Of a stretch of DNA of 39,750 nucleotides, positions 11,565-23,545 are shown piece by piece. Source of the stretch: Geosiphon pyriformis uo1 (taxonomy: Eukaryota > Fungi > Glomeromycota); NCBI GenBank assembly GCA_016748015.1, contig JAAOMT010000626.1:6382-46131 (forward strand). Reading direction: 5' to 3'. The position numbers and the translations under genes were made by a program. The notes beneath the pieces were generated by a model, which saw only the letters and a list, made by a program, of their open reading frames with translations, searched no databases and was not told the DNA's origin. How positions within the stretch are numbered: position 1 is the stretch's first letter; every line of letters begins with the position of its first letter.

Positions 11565-12900
11565 ATCTTGCCTCATCCTTGAGAGACAATCAACGTTGGT
11601 GTGGAGTTTTCCTGGTTTGTGGTGTACGATGTATTAGTAATTGGCTAAAAATCCTGTCCATCGGGTTTGTTTTGCATTCAGCTGGATGTTTTTGTTTTGA
11701 AGCCATTTAAGTCCAATATTATCAGTGATAATATCAAATTTTTTGGGTCTGAGGTAAAGGTTGAAGTAATGTAGGGCCCAGATTACTGCTGCGGTTTCTA
11801 ATTCTGTTGCAGAGTAGTTCTTTTCGGCTGGCTTTAATGTTCTACTAGCATAAGCAATTACTCGCTCATTTCTATTGTCATCTAACTGTAATAGGATGGC
11901 ACCAAAGGCAGTATAAGAGGCGTCAGTTGCTAACTGGAATCGGTTGCTGAAATCTAGGTAGGCGAAGATTGGAGCTGTTGTGAGTTTTTCCTTAAGTATT
12001 TCGAAGGCATTTTGGTGTTCTTCTGTCCATTTGTATTCGATATTTTTAGTAGTGAGCTGGTTGAGGGGTTTTGCAATTTTTGAGAATCTTTTGATGAATT
12101 TTCGGTAATAGGATGCTAATCCAATAAATCCTCTTAATTCTGTGGTATTTCATGGAGTCTTAAAGTTTTTGACAGTACTGATTTTTCCGGGGTCTGGTTT
12201 AATTCCATCTTTGCTAACAATGTGACCAAGAAAAGCTAAACTTGTCTTTCCAAAGTAGCATTTTTCAATGTTCAGTTTTAATCCTGTTTTCCGTAATCGT
12301 TGAAAAACTTCTCGCAGGTGAATTAAATGTAGCTCGAAAAATGGTGAATAAACATCAGTGTCATCAAGATAAATTACTACTGTTTTCCAAAGGAAGCCTT
12401 TGTAAACAACATCCATGAGTCTTTGGAATGTTGCTGGTGCATTGCATAATCCGAAAGGCATTACATTGAACTCGTAATTTTCTCCTTGAGTGGTAAATGC
12501 TGTTTTGGGGCAGTCTTTGGGATCCATAGCAACTTGCCAGTATCCACTCTCTAAATCTAATGTTGAAAAGTATTTGGACTTTTTAAGAGCATCCAACATG
12601 TCATCAATTTGGGGAAGAGGGTAGGCATCCCCAATGGTGACACTGTTAAGTTGTCGGTAATCAACACAAAATCGTATCTTTCCATTTTTCTTTTTAATTA
12701 GAACCACAGGTAAGGCCCATGGGCTCATTGATAGTTGAATAAGCCCATTGTTAAGCATTCGTTGTACTTCTCCTTGGATAAATTGGTGACTTTTTGGAGC
12801 AACTCGGTAGGCTTGTTGTTGCCTGGGTTTGGCATCTCCTGTATAGATTTGGTGTTGAACCAAATCAGTTCTTCTTAAGTCATTGTTGTTTTTGGCGAAG
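11565..12900 (-). pseudogene. Gypsy-A reverse transcriptase and RNase H
   Basis: RFCVDYRQLN, LDLESGYWQV, MPFGLCNAPATFQR, YLDD. RNase H motifs TDAS, YASRTL, NYSATELE, TDN, VDCLSR. In-frame stops. Confidence 0.95.
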
Positions 12901-13403
12901 ATATCAGTAAATTCTGCAATTAGTTTTTTGAGCTGGGTCTGTTGTTGTAGTTTAAGTTGTCCCATGTTGATTCGAGATAGTTTTTCTATAACAACATGGT
13001 AGTTTTCAGAGTTAGGGTTTGGGTTGATTTTCAGTAGTAAATGTCTAATAATTTCAGGGAAATCGGGGACTGTTTGGGGTAATTCTTGTTGAAATATATT
13101 ACTGTGAATAACTCCAATTTCTAAATTATTTAATAAAATTATGGGGTAATTATTGGGGTTGTAAAAAGTAACTCGGACTTTCTTTGTTCCTTCTGGAATA
13201 TAAATGTTTGAGATCAAAATATTATGTTCCAAGCAAACTTGTTCATTGGACTCAAAAATTTGTTGTGTGGTTGTTGGCTTTGTGCAAGTGTAAATTTCTG
13301 GATGTTCTTCAAAGGGTGAGATGATAATTGGTTGTGGAAGTCTGAGAATCTGGTGGGATTTGTTCTGTGTGTTAAGAGCTATATTAACTGGAACTGTGAA
13401 TCG

Positions 13404-13835
13404 TCCAGTTGAACCAAAACCTTGGGTTTCTTTATCGCTTTTTTCTAATTGTTCTTTTTGATTGACTAGTTGCAAACCCGAAATGTTGAGTAAGAGTAGG
13501 TAAATAGCTTGGGCAATTTTTTCAGCATGTTTGATTTTGAATGGTTTGTCAGTCTCATTTTGAAGCATTACTGTTATGTCTCCAGTATATCCAGCATCGA
13601 TTATTCCTCCTCTGACATTGATTCCTTTGCTTGCCAGAGAGGACCGAGAGGCGATTTGAACCATTGCTCCTGGCGGGATTTCAAGTGCAATTTTGAGGTT
13701 GATTTTTGTGAGAGATTTGGGTTTGAGAACAAGAGTATCCTTGCCTGAATATCTTAGGTCATATCCAGCATCAATTTCGTGTGCTTTTTCAGGTTTTATT
13801 CTTTGTCCGTTGTTGTTGAAGTATTTAAGTTGTAA
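13404..13835 (-). CDS. Trimeric-type dUTPase domain within the Gypsy-A polyprotein
   Basis: All five dUTPase motifs are present: DAGYDL, ASRSSLA, GIIDAGYTG, KIAQAI, GFGSTG. Confidence 0.93.
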
Positions 13836-13949
13836 GGCAGGCTGATTTTTGATAAGGTAGATAGGTGTTGTTTCAATTTCTTCCGTTTCTTCAAGTTCTC
13901 CAAATTCAATTTCATTCTCATTATTTTCGCTGGGCAAGAGGATACTAAG

Positions 13950-14580
13950 AGCATAGCATTCGGGACACTATTGTTTATTGTAAGGCATAATGCATTCTTC
14001 ATATAGCCTAATGTTCATTTGCTCTAATCGTTGAATTTGAGCTTCTTGGGTCAGGTAGGTGTGACTTGCAATTTGTTGATAGACTTTTACTTCATCTTCG
14101 TAATCAAATCCAGCTAATTCCATAGTGTATTCAATGTATTCTGCTTTTTTCATTTGACGAACATCTTCTTTGGTAGCTCCATTAATTAATGCCATTGCTA
14201 AGTCGAAAATCATCTTGGCGTCATGAGGGTAGTGATAAAGTTTGTTGAGAGCACTGTTGTATGCTGTATTAAAGGGTGTTTCTCTTTTTACTTTTTCTGA
14301 AATTGATAAGGCATATTGGCAGGTCTGATCGCAGACACCTCCTCTCATTGCTACATCAATCCAATTACATTCTTCTGGTAGCATATTTCCACAAGTCAAA
14401 CAAGGAGTGTTGTCCCATTTTCCGCTCCTTTTTATTAGATGGCCCCATCGCTCTCTGTGGCAAGCCTTGCAGTAATAACAAGTATGATTCTTATACTCTT
14501 CTTCAGGTGAAATGCAGGCTCCCATTGACGATAGTTTTTTGTGGCAGTCCTTACATTTAAGAGGAATATAGAGGCATTGT
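13950..14580 (-). other. Cys-rich (multiple CxxC) domain of unknown function between protease and dUTPase
   Basis: CKDC, CKAC, CLTC, CDQTC, EEC, CPEC in the polyprotein frame. Conserved in Gypsy-B at 39181-39750. Confidence 0.7.
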
Positions 14581-14789
14581 TTTCTTGGTTCGGGTTTTGA
14601 GTAAGGTATATTCCATCCAAAGGTTTCGGGTTTAGTGCGTGGGGTAAAATGTTCTTGTTCCGTTTCATCAGCCCAGTTGGACATTGATCTAAGAGCCATG
14701 AATGTTTTGATTATTGGTTTTTTTTCTTTTGGTTCAAATTCAAAAGCTGGGGCTTTTTCAGAGCGTTTGTTGAATGTACCACAAATGGC

Positions 14790-15150
14790 AGGTACCCGGG
14801 TGTGTTGTCCTTGGTAGGAGATTGTTAACTCTTGTGTTTCCCAATTTAGATTAGCACTGGCTTTTTGAAGCCAATCATTTCTGACAAGAGCTTGGTACTG
14901 GAGTGCGTCCATTACAAAAACTTTGACTGGAATGGTGATTCCATCAAGAGTGAATAGAAAATTGTCAATTTCTCCCACTGGTGTTTTTTTCATACCATCA
15001 GCAATAACAATTACTGTTTGAGCTGGTCGGTCGACATTTTTTTTCAACTGTTGCATTAACTGGTAGGTGATAATGCTTCTGGCAGATCTACTGTCTAGGA
15101 TCAAGCGAATTGGCTTTCCTTCTACTTCAGCTTCTACGTACATTGTAGTG
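14790..15150 (-). pseudogene. Gypsy-A retropepsin (aspartic protease)
   Basis: LILDSRSARSII (DSG motif decayed; Gypsy-B has LILDSGSAGSII) and ALVRNDWL. Confidence 0.9.
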
Positions 15151-15689
15151 ATGGCTTTTTGCTCATTAGCCACTGCATTGCTAAGCAAGAATGGTGATTC
15201 ATTTGCTTCAAATTCAAAAGGAAAGATATCAGAGAGATTGGCGTTTTCAGCAATTCGGGCTGGTGGAATAGTGGTGTGGTTATGAGAAGGGTTTTGTTGT
15301 TGTTGTGCTGCAGCTCTACCTTCCGAAAGTACAGTATGGTGAAAATCCTGTTCTTCCAGCATTGTTAAATAACTGGATTGAGTGTAGTAGTGGTTGGGTC
15401 TTGATTGAGTGGTATTTTGGGGAACCAATTAGTTGTTTGAACTGATTCTACTGTTGTTTACTTGGTATTAGTTTTGTGGTGTGAATTGATTTTGTGTAAT
15501 CAGTCTTCGAGCAGATACTTGATAATGTTGTGTGGGTGGTTGTTAGTATTGCTGTTGGATTGGTTGTGAGGCGGACTGATAATAGTTATTTTGGTATTGG
15601 GATCTTGGTGGATAGTAAACTGGAGGTGATAGTTGATAATAAGATTGCTGTGGTGGAAAGTAACGTTGATTACCCCTATTTTGTTGGTC

Positions 15690-17174
15690 TCATTGTAGCT
15701 TTCTGCAATCGCTTTTCCAGTGGCCAGAGATTCCACAGTAATGGCAATTCTGGGGCTGGTTATTGGAAAGTAGTGCAAAGTTATTTTGATTTTGTCTTTG
15801 GGGTGGTTGATATCTCTGTTGTTGTTGATTGGTAAAATAGTTTTTGATCTTCTTTGTGAGTTGGTCAATTTTTTTCTCAGCTGCTAAGCTGGTTTCTCCA
15901 ATTGCCAAATTTACAAGTTTTGTACAATTGGCCTCTTCCATGGCCATTTCGTATCTTTTCGCGTGCTGTATGGCAGAGTTTAAATCTTCTGGCGCGTGTG
16001 GGCGAACCTTTTTAATTAGTTTATCTTTTAGACCAGCAATAAATTGATCCAAGATTTGAGCATCAGAATAATAATCATTTGTTTCGAGTTGGCGAATTTG
16101 TCTGAGAAGTTTGTTGAATTTCCCAATATAAGTCATAACGGATTCAGAGGGTTCTTGTTTGATATTTCGAAAACGATTGCGAAGAGTGATGAAGGTATTA
16201 TTGTCGGTGAACTGTTCAAAAAAGGCTGCTTTGAAAGCATTCCAATCATTGAATGGGGCGGCCAGGTTTTCAAACCATTCTCCTGCTGTTCCTTTGAGAA
16301 AGTATGGGATTGTTCTTAACATTCTGGTGGCATTCCACCCATTTGTATCTCCAGCTTTAGTAACTTGGTCAAGCCATTCTTGAGGACTGGTCTCAATGTC
16401 TTCTCCATTAAAGTCAGAGATTTTTGCAATGTATGTTGTCATTTCGTTTTCTTCATTTTCACTGTCTATTGATTCTTTTTCAGTTATTTCAGAGTTGTTT
16501 TCTTCGTTTGCTGCTGTCTCAGAGTGTTCACTTTGATTTTCAGCTAGAAAATCAAGGAGATTGGAACTAGTTTGAAGGGGTTCTTTTTGTCTGGTGGGAC
16601 TTCTGAGTGATGTAAAATCTTCTGGTCTTGCAAATCAATTCAAGAGTGAATTAGGTATTTGTGCTTGTGCAAGTGAAGCTGGAAAAAGTGTGATAGTAAG
16701 TGGAAGTTTTGAACTGGTTCCTTGTTCAGGTGTTTGTAAATGTTTGTCAGTTGTTTTCGGTAGTGTTGGAGTATTTGGGGTGGTTCTTGAATATTGCTTT
16801 AATTTGTTTTTGCCTTTGTTGCTTGTTTCTGTTTCCAATTCAAAATCAATGGTGTATTGAGACTGCACTGGATATGTTTCTTTACAGTATTTGATAATGT
16901 TAAAATTAAGTTTGTGAAAGTAAGTGGCAAGTGTTTCACTATTAAGGTCTTCAGTTCCCAACTGTGAATAGTATACTAAATTATTGTAAAGGTTGTTTTT
17001 AACTTCTGAGATATTATAATTTCCAAAAAGATAATTGTTGATGCAGTTTTCAATGTATTGGTATACTGATTTCTTGACAACTTCAATTCCGTCTGGAATG
17101 TTGAATCTTTGCTTGCAGTGGGTGTAAATTGATTGGTAATACTCTAGAGTTGTTGTGTCTGATGTGGTCACCAC
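15690..17174 (-). pseudogene. Gypsy-A Gag (capsid and CCHC knuckle from ATG 16442) with Met-free N-terminal extension
   Basis: FLKGTAGEWF, IKQEPSESVMTYIGKF, DQFIAGL, CHYCGISGHWKSDC. All gag-pol ORF pieces from 17174 to 10128 share one reading frame. Confidence 0.93.
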
Positions 17175-17199
17175 TTTGAATTTGTTTTTGCTGTGTTAT

Positions 17200-17217
17200 T
17201 TCTGTAGGAGAGCACCA
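17200..17217 (-). promoter_or_regulatory. Primer-binding site TGGTGCTCTCCTACAGAA
   Basis: TGG starts 2 nt after the 5' LTR end. Homologous to the Gypsy-B PBS. Confidence 0.85.
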
Positions 17218-17219
17218 AA

Positions 17220-18199
17220 TGTTACCGGAGGTTTTTGGTCTCCTTTCTGTAATGTTGTTGATACTTATTTGCTGTGAATTCACGTTTTCTGGATGTGGTT
17301 GAACCTCCAGTAACTGAATTTATCTTCAAATTATCTCCTATAATTTGAACTTGCTGGGCTTATGAGTGGAATGGCCAATTCTGTGCCTGTTGCTTTATGT
17401 AGTTACATTGTAGTAAATGTCAACTCTTTCCCAAGAATTGCTCGTCTGGAAGCTCACTAAAAATGTGTAGTTACTTTGCTGTGAAAGTCAACTCTTTTAC
17501 AGGAATCTCGTCTGTAGGCTATCCTAATGATTGTAATAAGAAAAGAAAGAAGAATAAAAGAAGTGTAAAAGAAATAGGATTTTACCAAGGGAAACGTTTT
17601 CTATCCAGGCCTGGAGTCACTAACAGTTTACTGAAATTGGTAGCTAATCAATTTCGAAATGTTAGTTGGGTTTTTGGGGATTTTCTAAGGGCAATAATTA
17701 AAAAATTTGGTTTTTTAAATTATTTGGTATTTATTTCTTTTTGTGTGTGTAGAAATGGTTCTAAGTGATAAATCTAAAGTAAGATACATTTTCTTGAAAA
17801 GAGAAGCTCTTCTTTTATACAACTTGTTGTAACACTATTCTATAAATTTGAGCTTTGCTATTTTCTACAATTTCGCTGAACTAAAGATACATTTTGGCGA
17901 ACTACAAGTTATTTCGGCAAACTATTAGATATTTCGGTGAACTATCAATTATTTCAGCAAATTTCTACAAATTTCAGCAAACTTCTGAATGTTACATAGT
18001 TTGGGGTATTGCATGATTGATTATCGCAATTAGGTTACATTTGTGTTGTGTACAATTTGAGTTATTAATTAAATGATAATTTCGGACATTTTTGCTAATG
18101 TAATAAGTAATTATTTGGAACGATAATATATGCTAATTAATGATAGGAATTATAAGATAATTTCATGCTAAATAATATCTCTAATTTCGTCTGGTAACA
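17220..18199 (-). repeat. Gypsy-A 5' LTR (980 bp)
   Basis: TGTTAC...GTAACA terminal inverted repeat. TATAAAA at 17813-17819. Matches the 3' LTR and the Gypsy-B LTR. Confidence 0.96.
17871..17981 (-). repeat. Six 20-21-bp-phased TTC-N3-GAA-type repeats in U3
   Basis: Units start at 17871, 17892, 17912, 17932, 17952 and 17972 (consensus TTTCGGCGAA on plus). Confidence 0.85.
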
Positions 18200-19689
18200 G
18201 CATCATCATTGACATGGTCCAGAAGGACATATTGATTAGACCAACAAACAGGCAGAAAGACAAGAGCAACCTTTTTTCTCGTCCATCCTTCTATGATGTT
18301 ATCAACAGCAGATTTAACCTCCTTGGGCTCCAAAATCAACTTATCATCCAATATCAAATGGTCCAGCACAACTTTTTTGAACTGCCAATCCAAAATGCTC
18401 TTGATCATAAGTCCCTTATTAGAGCTAAAGTTTTCTATTCATTTGTCTATTGCTCTTCTGATTGAAATATCTCTGGTCACCTTAGACTTGTAGTATTTAG
18501 ACTTATGGTACAATTTTTTGACCCTTAATAGATGTTGAAGAATGCTCATCCTGCTCACATTATCATCAAACATTGTGCACACTTTGGAGGCCCTCTTACT
18601 ATCAAGATTAAACCACACCTTGAGGAAGCGAGTAGCATCCAATACCTAACCCAAACTCAAACATTTTATCAACTTGGCCACCAACAACTCCAACCTGAAA
18701 AACTTCGAAGACAGCTTATTTTTCAAACAATCAAACTTGCTAAACCAACATCTAGAAAACACCTTATCTGCTGAATAAATGACCACATCCTTAAGGATCC
18801 TCCACATGGCATCCAAATCTCCATTAACTTTTGCATCATTGAATAAAACTATGTTTCCCAAGAATCTGTCTAAAGAACATTCCCTAAAATGTAACCACTT
18901 ATTAGCATCTGCATCCTTGATCTTGAATTTCCACTTATCCTTATTGGCCTGTTTGCACTCACTATTAAGACAGAAATCTAAGAAACTATCCAAACCAACA
19001 GAAACCAGAACAGCATTATGATCAGTATCAAAAAAATCAGAGACAGAAGAGATTTCATGACCAGCCAAAGCAGATGACAAACTCTTGCTCACAAAAATGT
19101 AGTTGATAACCTTCACAACACTCCGAAAATTGCCCCAAGTGAAAGCTTTAGCCAGAGGATGTCCACTAAAAAAGTTGACCAACCCCAAATCTGAGCAGAA
19201 CTTAAGACTAGCACTCTTCTTAGATCCGTTTTTATTGAAGTCACCACCCAAAACCATGAACATAGAAAAATTAGCAGCCTTAGCAATAAGAGAGTTAATT
19301 TCGCAAGCTTGGCCAAATCTAGTCTTGGTAGAAGCATCTGCATACAGGCCCAAAATCACAACTGACAACTTGTTTTTAAAAAAGAGCCGAACGGATAGAA
19401 GACGACCAGGTACCTTCTCAACCTTAGAAACATGACAAGCAAGGGAATTGTTCATAATGATCATTACTCCAGCACTAAGAAACACATTGTCCAAACCAGA
19501 AGAGAATATTCTCACCCTGTTAAACTTGTTCATAATCCAAGGCCTAATATTAGACTTTAATTTTGTTTTCATAACAATAGAAACCATATTCCCAGAATTA
19601 TTGTGCCAACAAACAACATCTTCCTGCTTGGCAGGGACATTGATACCACAAGCATTGCATGTTGCAATTTTTCAAACCAGCTCTATCAT
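18200..19689 (-). pseudogene. LINE-A ORF2 5' part: APE-type endonuclease and linker
   Basis: KIATCNA, LGGDFN, INYIFV, FFDTDH motifs. ATG at 19689. In-frame stops. Confidence 0.92.
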
Positions 19690-21457
19690 TGGGAACCAAA
19701 CCAGCATTGTCAATTTTGGCCAAGAGGCCTATAACTGTGACTGAAAGATTGTGCAAAGTTTTTTCTATTTTAGAGACAACCAAAGGATCAAAAACTGCCA
19801 CTTCCACAATAGTCTCACCACCAGTGGCCACACCTGAATGCTTACTTATTACTATATCCGCTCCTTGATTCTGTGATAAAAGGGTCACTAATGGCTGACA
19901 TTTAGGGCTAGATTGGGAAACCGTTGGCCCAGGTGAGTCCAACCTCTTAGCCAACTTGTCCACGCATTCCGCGAGGCTGGCAAGACTACGCTCAAAAGTG
20001 GCAAACCTATTATTTAATTCTACAGACACCAATGGAGAAGGTTTTATTCCCGAAGAGAAACCAGAAAAAGCTGAATCATCACGTACAGGAAGAGGAGAAA
20101 AAGAAGACCCACCAACAACATTGGCTCATAAAATGCCACCAAAAGACACAGGACAGGATATTGAAGCAGTGCTTTGCATAAATAGAAGCCTGCCTGTTTT
20201 TATCATCCTCAGACAATATCCTATGAGCTAGTCTACCAGGGGAAGGTTTCCCACCCACAGAACAACCCAGAGATATATGACCCAAATTCCCACACTTAGC
20301 ACACTTAGCAGAACCCATGTGAGCCTAACGCAGATTGGCACCCTTCAAGACAGGAGTGGTTTCCATAACTGCATTAATCGAAGCCGCAGAGTCAAAACAG
20401 ACAATAGCACATTTAGTCCAAACATACATAACAGGGTGTTGATTGATGATGCATGTTTCTCACCCACAGAACCAATGAAATCCCAGATATTATTTACATT
20501 AGTGCTCATCGGCAGTGTATAGAGCAAAGCCCTATGCTGATCTTTTGTGTTTCATGATTCCTTGTCCAAATTAGCCTTAACCACTCTCACAGCATTCTTC
20601 CTGAGCAAGATAGACCATCTAGTTGCAACCAAATCAGCCTGATCCAATTGGGCAAATTTAACCACAGCCTTTTGCCATAGCTCTACCAATTGCATTTTGA
20701 TTGACACAACAGAACCAAATTCAGAAAGCGCAGCGCGCACAGCTTCAACTGATGTTCCAACTGGAATTTTTTTTACCACCACAGCCCAATCTAAATGACC
20801 AGTTGGTTTCTTAAGATTAGTGTTAACTAAGATTTTCGCATTCTTAGCCTTTTTAGAAGTCTATGTCAAGCTCGATTCGAACGTAAATGTTGCTCTGATG
20901 ATCCCAACAAATTTTGAGGGAGTAGAGGCCCCCCCAAAACCATTAATTCCTAAAAATAATTTTCTGACTGCAGAAAGTTTCTCTTGAGAAGATTTACCAG
21001 TCACTTTTTCCAATCCAATATCCAGAGCAAATGACTTATGAACAAGGACATTAACCAGATTTCTCAAAGGAGGAAGAAGTTCTAAATGGCCACCTGACAG
21101 AATATCACCATCATTATCATCGTCCAGAAAATTAATTTTGCTTAGAGGTTTACCTAAAGCTTGCTTAGTAACTATCTTGGACTCTTTTGGTGTTTGGTTA
21201 ATGTCTCTCTCTTCCAAAAGATCATTTTTTCCATAATCTACACTAGTTTCCTCAATCAAAAACTCCTCTTCTATGTCCACACTGTCAGATTCAGTGGTAT
21301 CCCCAGCCTTAAACCCCTAAGAATCACCAACCACTTTATTAGACACAACTATTTTTTGAGCAGTACTGTCCTTCAGAACACCACTTTTTCTCTTTTTCTT
21401 AGAAGCAATGTCCTTACTAACAGTATCAGCACTAAAGTCTTTGGCAGACTTCTTCAT
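19690..21457 (-). pseudogene. LINE-A ORF1 (RRM-like domains, CCHC knuckle, coiled coil)
   Basis: Colinear with LINE-B ORF1. CAKCGNLGHISLGC knuckle. Contains stops and frameshifts. Confidence 0.9.
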
Positions 21458-21608
21458 TACAGCAACACTGGGACCAACAATGGCCTCGTAATCAAGCAAA
21501 AAAGGTTTGGATTTATTGTACTGAATTGTAGAAAACTTCTTTTTAAAAAACTTTTGGCTCTTTTTCAGAAATTTGGGACAAAGGAAAGAAAAAAGTTTTT
21601 ATATTAAT

Positions 21609-21622
21609 ATGAAATTATAATA
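21609..21622. repeat. Target-site duplication of LINE-A (right copy)
   Basis: ATGAAATTATAATA, identical to 5573-5586. Confidence 0.85.
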
Positions 21623-23338
21623 ACTATATTATTTTTTATAAATAATTATGACTTATTCTTCTATTTTCAAATTTTTTGTAAAAATTAATAACTGTAATTT
21701 TGAGATTTATTATATTTTAATCAGATTTTTTATATATTTAAATTATTTCTTTGTCAAAATTTTTCTTGTTATTTCTATTATTATTATATAATAACTATTT
21801 ATTTTGCTATTTATTAATGTATTTTAATCTGTGTTTTTGTATTTTACAATAAGCAACAAAATAGCCAAAATTAAATTATATACTTGTTTATTTAAAATTA
21901 TTTTTTGCTCAATTTATTTACAAAAAACTGCATAAATTCTCAGTTGAAAGCATAATTTCCATGTATTTAGAAGTTTAGCAATCTCAATTTATATATAAAA
22001 CAGTTAAAAATATTTTGTCATTAATAAATAGCACTGTTTTTTATCGTTAATAACTATAGTATTAATATTAAAAAATTTTACCTACTAAGTTCAAAAATAT
22101 TATTGTACAAAACTCATACTGTTTTGTTCACAAAACCACTAATAATTAAAAACATTAATATATGTCAATTTTATTTTTATTCTTTTCAAAATTTTTAATA
22201 AATTTATTAATTACTTTATAATTCAAAGTATTTTCATTTTTTTTTAATATTACAAAGCAAAAAATTATAAAATATTTTTCAAAATTTATTTGAATAAAAT
22301 TTATTGTATACTACATAATTATTTATAAAGCCAAAATCAGTTCAAGTATTTAGTTTTTTTCATTGTACAAGCTTTTATTTTTTAACTAAAATGAACTCAT
22401 AAAATCAGTATTTTTTTTTATATTTATAAAATTAGCCAAACTTTAATGTTTTTTTTATCAATTTCTTAGTATTTAATGCTTTACGCAAACTAGTAAAACT
22501 TGATTAATTAAAATTCTTAACAGTTTTAATCAAATCAATCAGTAAAATTACTGTACGAATTAGAAAGTTTAAAAATATTTAAAACTTATGTTTTTTTTTT
22601 CAAGCATCTGAAGTGTTTTTTAGTAACAAACAATCATTTTTTAAAAGTTAATTTATTTAATCACTTGGTTTGGTTTCGGGAAATGGTTGAAATTTACATG
22701 AATAATTTTAAATTGATTATAATAGAATGAGTGAATAAAAAAAAGGCATAACAAGATTTTCAAGTCATTCAATGATGAAGACAAACATTACGAGTTATAA
22801 ATTCTTTTTTCAAAAATTTCTTTAAAGGATCCCACTTTTGCTCATTTTAGTAAAGATTTTAAAGTAAATGTCACAAAACATTTTTCATATATCTTTACAA
22901 AAAAACTAAATTATTTTGGTAAATTATCTCATATTCTTTTTTTAAAAAGGCTTGAACGAACTTATTCTTAAAACCCAGCTCTGTAATTAAGATTGAGAAC
23001 AATAATGATGATAACAGAGATATGGCAGGGAGATGACTAAAAAAATTCCTCGCCCAGAAAAATTTTAAGGGCTTCGAGTTTGTGCTTTACGCCCATGTAG
23101 TTTTATGAACTTAACGCCACTAGCATGAGATAGATCTTGATAGACATTTTCTATCTTCCACTTAATCTTTGCTCTTAAAAAAAATTAGGGATTAATAATA
23201 ATTAAAGATCCTGTAATCAATCAGAAACATTTTTAATAAAAACAACACGATATTATAAATTCTTTTTTGGTTAAGATAAGCTGCTGATCTAAAATTACAT
23301 AGCCTAATAATTTGAAAAAGTTTTATATAAAAACAGCC

Positions 23339-23545
23339 TTTTTTTCTTTATCGCTTCCATTACTTCCCTTTATCACTTCTCTTCATTTTTTAATCCCTTT
23401 GCTTCCCTTTCTTCCTTTATCGCTTCTTTTTCTTTCCTTTTTTTCGTCACCCTCCTTTTTTTCGTTCCCCCTTTCTCCCTTTCTCTCTTTTTTTCTTTTT
23501 TCTTGTCCTTCTCTCTTCCTGTCCTTCTCTCTCTCTTCGTTCCTA
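23339..23545 (+). repeat. Polypyrimidine (CT-rich) low-complexity tract
   Basis: About 200 bp almost entirely C/T on the plus strand. Confidence 0.8.

Larger units (their letters stand above)
8919..18199 (-). mobile_element. Gypsy-A: Ty3/Gypsy LTR retrotransposon with dUTPase, nested in LINE-A ORF2
   Basis: Termini TGTTACCAG...CCAGTAACA, TSD GCAT (8915-8918 and 18200-18203), paired LTRs, PBS, domain order Gag-PR-dUT-RT-RH-IN. Confidence 0.97.
5587..21608 (-). mobile_element. LINE-A: full-length non-LTR retrotransposon (ORF1; ORF2 APE-RT-RNase H-Zn finger), ~6.7 kb after removing the nested Gypsy
   Basis: The 5' UTR matches LINE-B from ~21596. ORF1 and ORF2 domains are in canonical order, with an A-tail and 14-bp TSD. 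ORF2 rejoins as ...HVNDDA|FSKVM... across the Gypsy insertion. Confidence 0.95.

Noticed and set aside
17871-17981. CRISPR-like repeat/spacer array
   Set aside because: 20-bp period with ~7-10-nt spacers inside a eukaryotic LTR, and no cas genes.
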